From NCBI GenBank assembly GCA_045046865.1, contig JASFYW010000028.1, forward strand, positions 31,930 to 95,929: 64,000 nucleotides of DNA, given 5' to 3'. Position 1 is the first letter of the stretch; every line of letters starts with the position of its first letter. This document shows positions 11,711 to 19,876 of this stretch, piece after piece. Source of the DNA: Woeseiaceae bacterium (GTDB lineage Bacteria; Pseudomonadota; Gammaproteobacteria; UBA6429; Thiohalophilaceae). Both the position numbers and the translations under genes were made by a program. The notes beneath the pieces are model-generated. The model made no database searches, was not told where the DNA came from, and saw only the letters and a program-made list of their open reading frames with translations.

Positions 11711-11895
11711 GCTTTATTTTCTAAGTTGCTATTTTTGATCGTATTTATTCATTATTTTATGGGGATACCTCAGAGACTTGCGCCCTTTAATTGATCCCAA
11801 ATATCCTCCTTACGTCAATTATTCCCAATGAATAGCTATGGGCTTCCTGATCGAAAGTAGGGTAAAATTATCTTTCATTAATATTAGGTATTTAT

Positions 11896-12402
11896 ATGCA
11901 GCTCAGGGAGATCAATAAGATTCGTTATAGAAAGCATCTTAGGATGGTATTTCTCGGTATAGTATTTGTTCTTTTAATTATCGCCCCTGGGATGTCTGCA
12001 TTATTTATTTCCCTTTTTAGCAACCCCGAAGCTTCATATCTATTTCACAATCTGGCAGGTGTAGTTATTGGTGCAGCTATAGTCGCTTTTGTACTAAATA
12101 AATTTCGTCATCATCCTTACATGTTTGAGGTGGTCTATGTCTGGAATTTAAAAAAACAGTTGAATCGGATACATCGTAAACAACGCAAGATAGAAGCCGC
12201 AATTGAAAATAATGATAAAGATGCCATGATTATCATGAATTTTATGCACTATGGTTCAAAACAACTTTATGAACTAGACGATAACACCATTACGATGGAA
12301 GATTTACTGAAAAAAATTCAGATTCATGATGAGCGTATGGAAGTGGCAGGATTGAGTACACACACAGACTCATATAACCCAGCCATGTTAGAACGGTTTT
12401 AG
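11896..12402 (+). CDS. small two-TM membrane protein of unknown function (possibly DUF3087-like)
   Basis: 168 aa with two N-terminal hydrophobic helices followed by a charged helical C-terminus. The family assignment is from memory only. Confidence 0.5.
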   Translation: MQLREINKIRYRKHLRMVFLGIVFVLLIIAPGMSALFISLFSNPEASYLFHNLAGVVIGAAIVAFVLNKFRHHPYMFEVVYVWNLKKQLNRIHRKQRKIEAAIENNDKDAMIIMNFMHYGSKQLYELDDNTITMEDLLKKIQIHDERMEVAGLSTHTDSYNPAMLERF

Positions 12403-12424
12403 ATGCCATAAAAAAGTACCGTAG

Positions 12425-12470
12425 CTTGGGGCGCCGGCCCCTGTGCGGTTGTCCGGCCAAGACCGGATAT
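12425..12470. terminator. GC-rich hairpin cluster between convergent genes (likely bidirectional termination)
   Basis: Hairpins GGGGC-GCCG-GCCCC and TCCGG-CCAAGA-CCGGA lie in an otherwise AT-rich spacer. A T-run follows on the minus strand (..GGTACTTTTTT). Confidence 0.5.
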
Positions 12471-12483
12471 AAAAACACAGTTT

Positions 12484-13536
12484 TTATTTATTTTTAGCTG
12501 GTTTATTACTCAACTCTTTAAGTTTAATCAATACTTTCTCCGCACGTTCTATATGGGCTTGTAACCTAGGATGCTCTGGCTCAAATTTCTGTAACTCTAA
12601 CCAAATACTTAATGCTTCTTGAGTCTTGCCTTCGCTGTATAATTTTCTTGCGGCTTCAAAGTTCTGTTTGATTCCTGCTGAAAAATGTTTTTGTAGTTGA
12701 CTGATTAAAGCAGGGTAAACTTGTTCATTTGCTTTTATTTTAGTTAGCCAAATAATCTTTTCTTTTGTTTCTCTTAATATGGTATGGCTATACCCTTGAG
12801 AAAGTTTGCTAATAAGGGATTTTGTTTCTTTTACATAAGCAGATTTTCGTTTTTTTGTTGCTTGTGTTATTTCTGATTTTAGATGATTTAATTTTTCAGT
12901 GACTTCTGAATTAGGTATTAATTTTAATGCGAGATTAATCGTCGTTAAAGCGGTATCAAATTCTTCTTTTTTGTATTGCCGTTGACTTCTTTTTGCCAGA
13001 CGCAAACTTGTTTCTTGCCTAAAGATATCAAACTTTTTAATATCAAGTTGATTCTCCTCAGCTTTATAAACCGTTTTATTAATTTTATTATATAAAGGCA
13101 TTTTTTTAAGAAGATAAAGTGCTTGACCATTTAAGACTGTGTTCTCGTAATGACTAATTGCTTTAGTACGTTCAGACAGTATTTTGTTGCGTTGGTGTAT
13201 TATTTTTTTAGCATTAACAACATTACCTTCAACGGTATTTAGTAATTCTATGGCTTTAATCCATTCGCCGTTTTTGACCAGTGTATGTGATGTTTCAATG
13301 GCTGATATTTTATATTTTTTTACTTGCTCTAGAATTGATTTTTTCTGACGTTGTACGCGTTTATAATACTTATGCTTTGGCTGTATATGTTCGATGGTTT
13401 CTAATGCGGTTTTATAATCCTTTTCTTTTACCCAGAGGTTGATTTTATTGGGTAAGTCATCACTGTATGAATAGATTAGGGTGCAACCAGAAAAACTCAT
13501 AGAAACTAATATGATAAAAATAAGATGTTTTATCAT
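12484..13536 (-). CDS. helical (TPR-like) lipoprotein, unknown function
   Basis: 350 aa with signal peptide and lipobox SFSGC. The protein is Lys/Glu-rich and helical. Its start overlaps the stop of the upstream cyclase gene (ATGA). Confidence 0.65.
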   Translation of the reverse strand: MIKHLIFIILVSMSFSGCTLIYSYSDDLPNKINLWVKEKDYKTALETIEHIQPKHKYYKRVQRQKKSILEQVKKYKISAIETSHTLVKNGEWIKAIELLNTVEGNVVNAKKIIHQRNKILSERTKAISHYENTVLNGQALYLLKKMPLYNKINKTVYKAEENQLDIKKFDIFRQETSLRLAKRSQRQYKKEEFDTALTTINLALKLIPNSEVTEKLNHLKSEITQATKKRKSAYVKETKSLISKLSQGYSHTILRETKEKIIWLTKIKANEQVYPALISQLQKHFSAGIKQNFEAARKLYSEGKTQEALSIWLELQKFEPEHPRLQAHIERAEKVLIKLKELSNKPAKNK

Positions 13537-15068
13537 GCTGCAGGTTTTAAACGTAGAATTTCATCAATTTGTTCATCTATATTATCTTGGTGTAAAGCGA
13601 TAACATCTTGAACAATATAGGTAGACACTTTTTCTTTAATGCCACGAAGTTGGATCGATTTATGTTTTTTAGCCATTAAGCGCCATTGAATATCAGGGTC
13701 GTTATAAAATTCTTGGCTAATAATAATTTGGTCTTTATCTGCAACGTGCTGTAAACGAGAAGCAAGGTTAACGGACTCGCCAACAACGGTGTATTGCATC
13801 CGTTCAGTTGAACCTAGGTTTCCTGCTAGCATACTGCCGCTGTTGATGCCTATACGGAATGAAACAGCCACTTGCTTATTTTGTTTACGTATAACATTCA
13901 CGCGCTCTAAAAGCTTTTGGATCATCACCGCACAGTAAACAGCATGCAGCTTATGGAGTTTGTCTTCTTCAGGCACACCAAATACAATCATAGCGCAATC
14001 ACCCATGAACTTATCAATGGTGCCTAGATACATTTTGCTGGCGAGAGAGATGTAAGAGAAGTAATCATTCAATACTGCTGAAATAGTCTCAGCAGAATGG
14101 TTTTCAGAAAGTGTGGTAAAGCCCACAATATCAGCAAAAATAACGCTGCCTTCAACGTGCGTACCACCTAGCTGAATGTGCTCGAGGTTACTCATAATTT
14201 CTTTCGCTATATTTTTTGAGACATAACGAGAGAAGGCATTTTCTACTTGTGTTTTTTCAAGTAGACCATTTGCCATACGATTAAGTGCTTCGGTTAAGTT
14301 ACCTAGTTCATCATTGCGTCGTTCTTTAATTTGATATTGATAGTTACCTTTAGATATTTGTTCACTTGCATTCATTATAGAGTGTAAAGGTTTTGATATT
14401 CGACGCCCTGTATGCAGAGAAACAAAAACACCTAATAAAATCATAATGATCGTTGCCACAACAATAGCTTGAACCATTTCAAAAATTGTTTGTTCAATTT
14501 CTTCAGAACTAAACGTTATTAAGGCATGTCCTGCAACAATGTTTTGAAATTTAATTGGCGTGACATAGGAGGTTGCTGAAACGGCTTGTCCAGATGTTGT
14601 GTTAGTTTTCCAATTAATCAGAAAATGATTTTTTTTATTACTATTTTCTTCTGCTCGATTATATAAACGGTGTATTTCTTGGGTTGGAATAATGCCAGAT
14701 GAAGCGAGAACGTGACCATCGTCAGCGTAGATTACTGCGCCTAAAATATTACTCTGTGCACCTAAGTTACTTATGACGACCATCAAGCTTAGAATGTCAT
14801 CCGACATAACGAGTTCTTTTGAGTTATCCGCTAACTGTTCCACAACGGTATCGGCAAAATGATTCATTTGTTTGTGTAATAACTGAGTTTGGTTATTAAC
14901 AATAACGATACCCAGTAGAACCATGCTACTGCTGATCAGCAATGTCATAATAATGGCAAGTTTATAGGCGATAGGGAAATGCTTAGGCACTAGATGTTCA
15001 ACAAAGTAAGTTTTTAAACTTACTTTAGAAGAGGAGAACAATGTCATTAGACTTCGTAGTTTGAACAT
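13533..15068 (-). CDS. membrane-bound class III adenylate/guanylate cyclase with extracytoplasmic sensor and HAMP domains
   Basis: 511 aa with two TM helices flanking a ~140-aa loop, a HAMP region, and a cyclase core containing VIFADIVGFTTLSE, DKFMGDCAMIVFG, and GINSG...G. Confidence 0.85.
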   Translation of the reverse strand: MFKLRSLMTLFSSSKVSLKTYFVEHLVPKHFPIAYKLAIIMTLLISSSMVLLGIVIVNNQTQLLHKQMNHFADTVVEQLADNSKELVMSDDILSLMVVISNLGAQSNILGAVIYADDGHVLASSGIIPTQEIHRLYNRAEENSNKKNHFLINWKTNTTSGQAVSATSYVTPIKFQNIVAGHALITFSSEEIEQTIFEMVQAIVVATIIMILLGVFVSLHTGRRISKPLHSIMNASEQISKGNYQYQIKERRNDELGNLTEALNRMANGLLEKTQVENAFSRYVSKNIAKEIMSNLEHIQLGGTHVEGSVIFADIVGFTTLSENHSAETISAVLNDYFSYISLASKMYLGTIDKFMGDCAMIVFGVPEEDKLHKLHAVYCAVMIQKLLERVNVIRKQNKQVAVSFRIGINSGSMLAGNLGSTERMQYTVVGESVNLASRLQHVADKDQIIISQEFYNDPDIQWRLMAKKHKSIQLRGIKEKVSTYIVQDVIALHQDNIDEQIDEILRLKPAA

Positions 15069-15286
15069 GGGGGCCTAGTTCTAAATACTGAGTGAACTTT
15101 AGTTTTTGTTATCTGTGTATTTTAGCACGCTAAAATGCCAAGTATTGTAAGTATTTAATACCCATAAAAGAAAATTTAAACTCAATGGCGAAGTACGAGT
15201 ATGTTTTTGATGCTGAAAAAGGGTATTCTTTAAATCTTACAGAGATTATATGCGATTTAAATGACATTACAGGTAGATAGTCTGGG

Positions 15287-16216
15287 ATGAATAACAAAAA
15301 GACCACTTTTTATCTGGTTTTCGTGACCTTGTTGGCATTGCTCGCTAATGTGTTTATATCGTTGAATATCTTGGGTGTAGAGCATGTCCTTAGCTTCACA
15401 CATATTGGTTTTTCTAACTTAATCTTCATCATCCTTTTTATCAGCTTAACGGGTGCTTTTAGCGCGTTTATTTTTGCTGATTTGATTGCTCGATTCATGT
15501 TGGGTGTGACACTCATTCAGCAACCCAGCACTTACTTAGAAAAATGGTTGTTCACTTCGGTAGCAAGACAGTCCCGTCAACTCGGTATACCTACACCTAA
15601 TATTGGCGTTTTTTATGCCTCTGATCTCAATGCCTTTACCACCGGACGAGGGCAAAATAATGCCATGCTTGCCGTCAGTAGTGGTTTACTTGAAACCTTA
15701 GATCAAGACGAACTTGAAGCAGTGATAGGGCATGAGTTAGCACACATCGAAAATGGCGATATGGTTTCACTAGCGTTAGCGCAAGGTTTAGTTTTTAGTT
15801 TAACCGAATTACCTGCACGATTATTTGGCTACGTGATAGATGCTCTTATATTGAGAGGTAGCAACCATGGTGGTATTGCTTACCTATTTGTTTATTGGCT
15901 ATCGATGTTTTTAATGGGCTTACTGCCACACTTTATTGTTATGTGGTTTTGTCGTCAACGAGAATACTATGCCGATCACATGAGTGCATCATTGAATGGT
16001 GGTGAAAAAATGATCTCAGCCTTGGAGCGTTTATCTCAAAATAAACTATCATCATCGTGGCTAAAACAAAGAACCGCTTTTGGTTTCACTACGCTAGTTT
16101 TAGAAGGTTTAGTGGGATTAGGGTCGATAAAACAAATTTTTAGTAGCCATCCACCATTAAATAAAAGAATTAATGAAATTGAAAAAAGTGAATTCAATTC
16201 CAATCAACTTGAATAA
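15287..16216 (+). CDS. htpX: M48-family zinc metalloprotease HtpX homologue
   Basis: 309 aa and multi-TM. It has the HELAHIENGD (HExxH) motif, NAFTTG, REYYADHMSA and SHPPLNKRI, all colinear with E. coli HtpX. Confidence 0.8.
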   Translation: MNNKKTTFYLVFVTLLALLANVFISLNILGVEHVLSFTHIGFSNLIFIILFISLTGAFSAFIFADLIARFMLGVTLIQQPSTYLEKWLFTSVARQSRQLGIPTPNIGVFYASDLNAFTTGRGQNNAMLAVSSGLLETLDQDELEAVIGHELAHIENGDMVSLALAQGLVFSLTELPARLFGYVIDALILRGSNHGGIAYLFVYWLSMFLMGLLPHFIVMWFCRQREYYADHMSASLNGGEKMISALERLSQNKLSSSWLKQRTAFGFTTLVLEGLVGLGSIKQIFSSHPPLNKRINEIEKSEFNSNQLE

Positions 16217-16238
16217 AAATAATAAGGAAAGTATTGCA

Positions 16239-17498
16239 ATGACATCTTCTACAACCAAATCTACCTTAGTTAAACCTTTTAAAGGATTACGTCCCGTTAC
16301 AGATAAAGTGGCAGATGTGATTGCGCCACCTTATGATGTTTTAAATACAGCGGAAGCACGTGAGCGAGTGAAGGGACATCCTTTGAGTTTCTTACATATC
16401 TCAAAACCAGAAATAGATTTAGCTGAAGAAACAAACCCCTACGCTGATGAAGTGTATGCGAAAGGTGCAGAGAATTTACAAAAACTGATTAATGACAAAG
16501 TATTAGTGCGCGACGAAAAAGCTTGTTACTACGTTTATCGCTTAGTCATGGGCGAACACCAACAAACAGGTTTAGTGGTTGCTGCTTCAGTTGCTGATTA
16601 CGATACCAACCGTATTCGTAAACATGAATTTACTCGCCCCGATAAAGAGGATGATCGTGTTAAACAAATTGATGCGTTAAATGCGCAAACAGGCCCTGTT
16701 TTTTTAACTTACAGAAATGATACTACCGTTGAATCTATTATTAATAAAGTCGCAAGTACAACGGCTACCTATGACTTAACAGCCGATGATGGTGTACAAC
16801 ATACATTTTGGGTTGTTTCAGACGATGATGATATTTCAAAATTAACAAACACGTTTGATGCCATGGATTGTTTGTATATAGCAGACGGACACCATCGTTC
16901 AGCATCGGCTTCTCGTATAGCGGCAGCGCGTAATAAAGGTAAAGATGATATTGGCAATAACTCACACGACTATTTTTTGTCAGTTGTTTTTTCTGACAAC
17001 CAAATGAAAATTCTTGATTATAATCGCGTCATTAAAGATTTAAATGGTTTGTCAAAAGATGAACTTATTGAAAAAATCAAAGTTAACTTTTCTATAGAAC
17101 AAGTTGATACTCTATACAAGCCACAAAAAAGTACAGAGTTTTCAATGTATTTAGATAAGCACTGGTATAAGTTACAAGCCAATGCAAATTTAATACCCAA
17201 AAATGATCCTGTCGGTGCTTTAGATATTAGCTTGTTACAAAATAACCTGATCGAACCTTTACTCGGCGTCAGTGATCCACGCCGCGATAAACGAATTGAT
17301 TTTGTCGGTGGTATACGTGGGTTAGAAGAACTGGAAAAACGTGTTAATTCAGGAGAGATGCAAGTCGCTTTTGCGATTTATCCAACCACGCTTTCACAGC
17401 TAATGGATGTTGCAGATGCGAATGAAGTCATGCCACCAAAATCAACATGGTTTGAACCAAAACTAGCCGATGGTTTAGTTTCACATGTATTAGATTAG
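16239..17498 (+). CDS. DUF1015 family protein
   Basis: The ORF-track frame was trimmed to ATG 16239, with AAGGA 11 nt upstream. The N-terminal VKPFKGLRP...VIAPPYDV and ADGHHR motifs are typical of DUF1015. Confidence 0.8.
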   Translation: MTSSTTKSTLVKPFKGLRPVTDKVADVIAPPYDVLNTAEARERVKGHPLSFLHISKPEIDLAEETNPYADEVYAKGAENLQKLINDKVLVRDEKACYYVYRLVMGEHQQTGLVVAASVADYDTNRIRKHEFTRPDKEDDRVKQIDALNAQTGPVFLTYRNDTTVESIINKVASTTATYDLTADDGVQHTFWVVSDDDDISKLTNTFDAMDCLYIADGHHRSASASRIAAARNKGKDDIGNNSHDYFLSVVFSDNQMKILDYNRVIKDLNGLSKDELIEKIKVNFSIEQVDTLYKPQKSTEFSMYLDKHWYKLQANANLIPKNDPVGALDISLLQNNLIEPLLGVSDPRRDKRIDFVGGIRGLEELEKRVNSGEMQVAFAIYPTTLSQLMDVADANEVMPPKSTWFEPKLADGLVSHVLD

Positions 17499-17552
17499 AA
17501 AATAGTTGAGGGTACCGGGGCTGATGGATTCCCTCGAAATTTAATGTTTGCT

Positions 17553-17688
17553 GTCATTGCGAGGAAGAACTGAAAAACAAGTGTTTTTTAGTGCTGACGC
17601 GGCAATCTCCAGCTAGAATGCTCTCATCACGAGATTACCGCAGTCATTTTATTCCTTCGCAATGACATGCTTTTATCTTAGTATTCAC
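17553..17688 (+). repeat. intergenic nested-hairpin repeat, copy B (complete module 1 + tail, no module 2)
   Basis: Outer IR is GTCATTGCGAGG / CCTTCGCAATGAC. Inner IR is GACGCGGCAATCTC / GAGATTACCGCAGTC around a 21-nt loop. The tail is ATGCTTTTATCTTAGTATTCAC. Confidence 0.9.
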
Positions 17689-17693
17689 TACCT

Positions 17694-19769
17694 TTATTCA
17701 TCAAAATCATACTTTAATTCGGAGTCCGGCTGCTGCAAAAAATGTCCTTGAATAAACGCAACACTACTTTGCCACAATAACGCCATGCTGTTCGCATCTT
17801 CCACAAAGGCTGCGATGGCCATTATTCCTCTTTCATTGGCTTCTTCAGCAATTTCTTTTAGTTTCTCTTGGCTTTCAATGCTGTCTTTTAAGTTTAAGGC
17901 AAGAGAAGCATCAATTTTTAAATAATTCACATCAAGGTGTTTTAAAGATTGGAATGTGTTTTGTTCAGTACCAAAATTTTCTATACCTACTCTGCAGTTA
18001 ATTGAGCGTAAGCCTTGTAAGGTTGCTTTTGCTTGCTTGAGATAATTGAGAGCCGTTGCTTCATTCACGGTAAAGACTAGGCTATCAGCATCAAGACGTA
18101 ATGATTTAATACGCTCGGTAACCCAAGGTAAGAAGTCGATATCTGTTAAAGAGCCAGAAGAAAGCTTAATGAAGAAGCGGGTGTTTGTTTCATGTTTCAT
18201 TCGATCGGCAAGTAACATAAACGTATGTGCAATAACCCAACGATCGATATAATTAATTAAGCCCATTTCTTCAGCTGCAGGTAAAAATTCATAGGGTAAC
18301 ACTTCTTTACCATCATCATCTGTCATGCGTATCAGCACTTCATAATGTGCGCCGGGTTCACCACGTAAACTAATGACAGGTTGATAAAGAAGGTGGAATT
18401 TATTTTCTTTCAATGCAACTTTAATTTTATTAGCCCAAACCGTGTGCTGTTCTTTTTCTGCTAACTCTGCAATGGCTGGGTTAAAGGTACTGAACTGATC
18501 GCCTCCGAGTTTTTCAGCAGCGAGCGCGCCTTTTTCTGCACGGTTTAAACAGTCTTGTAAATTTGATGTTGTTTCATTAATATTTGTTATGCCAATACTA
18601 CTGCTAGTAGTAATAGATTTTTTGTTCACTTCAGAAATATTATTGTGTACAAGTTTACAAATACCTGCGGCAATTTTTTCTGCTTGAGCTTGATCTGCAT
18701 TGTTTAATAGTAAGGTAAAAGCAGCACCTTCAAAACGTGCGAGCAATCCAAGCTTAGTTAACTTTTCTTTGAGTATCGTTGCAATGTCGGTAAGCACTAA
18801 GTCTCGACCAGAGATACCCACATTGCTTTTAATTTCATCATATTTATCGAGCATGATGTAAAGTAAAGAACCTTTCGCATGGCCATCAACCGCACGTGAA
18901 ATCATTTTATCGGCTTGTTCAATAAAATAAGTATGATTATATAAACCGGTAAGCAAATCTTGTTTACTAAGAACATTAAGTTGATTTTGTAGTTCTTTAC
19001 TTTGCGCTTGATCACGAATAATTATTTGGCTGCAAGATTCGCCTTCCATACTGGCATTGGAGAATTCCATCGTGATATTAAACATTTTACCTTCGGTGTG
19101 TTGACCAACAACATCCAAAGTATCATCAGTGATTTGACCTTTCGCATAACCACGTAAAAATTCTTTTAATTTAACATGATCATCACTGCTGACCATATCC
19201 AGAATCGGCATGCCTTCAATATCTTCTAAGTCTGCATAGCCAAACATTTTTAAGTAGGCTTCATTTGCGTAAATATGTGCACCATCATGTACATAGGCGA
19301 TGGCATCGCGCGAACTATCTATAAGATTGCGGGTTCTTTTTTCTGTTTCGTGTAATAGCTTTTCACTTCGCCTTAATGCACGACGGTTTTGTAACTCGGC
19401 TAACTCACGTTGAACAATAAATCTAAGGCGCTCTGTTTGATCACTGGCTACGGCATCTCTTGCGCCCAGCTTTAAAATTTCAATTGCACTGGCTTCTTGG
19501 CCTTTTGGTGTCACAACAATAAGCGGGATATCTCGACCAGAGCTAGCAAGTAGCTTCACGGCTTGAGCAGCATTAAATAAAGGCAGTGTTTGTTTGGCTA
19601 GAATGATATCTAAGGGATTATCTTCAATGGCGGGTTCCATATCTTCATCATCTTCAACACGGATATCACGGACAATATATCCGGCTTTTCGTAGTGTATT
19701 GATGAGTACTTCAGCTTCTTCAGAAGAATCAAAAATGGTTAAAACTCGTAACAGTTTTTCGTTACTCAC
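17694..19769 (-). CDS. fimX: FimX-type c-di-GMP signalling protein (degenerate REC - PAS - degenerate GGDEF - EAL)
   Basis: 691 aa, the same length as P. aeruginosa FimX as I remember it, with long colinear blocks (DAIAYVHDGAHIYANEAYLKMFGY, LLYQPVISLRG...YEVLIRM, C-terminal YDFDE). The receiver lacks the phospho-Asp (DIILAK). GGDEF is replaced by FEGAAF and the EAL motif reads EVL. Confidence 0.8.
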   Translation of the reverse strand: MSNEKLLRVLTIFDSSEEAEVLINTLRKAGYIVRDIRVEDDEDMEPAIEDNPLDIILAKQTLPLFNAAQAVKLLASSGRDIPLIVVTPKGQEASAIEILKLGARDAVASDQTERLRFIVQRELAELQNRRALRRSEKLLHETEKRTRNLIDSSRDAIAYVHDGAHIYANEAYLKMFGYADLEDIEGMPILDMVSSDDHVKLKEFLRGYAKGQITDDTLDVVGQHTEGKMFNITMEFSNASMEGESCSQIIIRDQAQSKELQNQLNVLSKQDLLTGLYNHTYFIEQADKMISRAVDGHAKGSLLYIMLDKYDEIKSNVGISGRDLVLTDIATILKEKLTKLGLLARFEGAAFTLLLNNADQAQAEKIAAGICKLVHNNISEVNKKSITTSSSIGITNINETTSNLQDCLNRAEKGALAAEKLGGDQFSTFNPAIAELAEKEQHTVWANKIKVALKENKFHLLYQPVISLRGEPGAHYEVLIRMTDDDGKEVLPYEFLPAAEEMGLINYIDRWVIAHTFMLLADRMKHETNTRFFIKLSSGSLTDIDFLPWVTERIKSLRLDADSLVFTVNEATALNYLKQAKATLQGLRSINCRVGIENFGTEQNTFQSLKHLDVNYLKIDASLALNLKDSIESQEKLKEIAEEANERGIMAIAAFVEDANSMALLWQSSVAFIQGHFLQQPDSELKYDFDE

Positions 19770-19876
19770 TAAAATGTCCTATTTTTATTATGTTTTAAAT
19801 ACTGAGCCGATCTTATTATGCTTAGAAATAGTATCGGCATGCAAATGATTGACTTAAATGATTTTTTTAATATATT

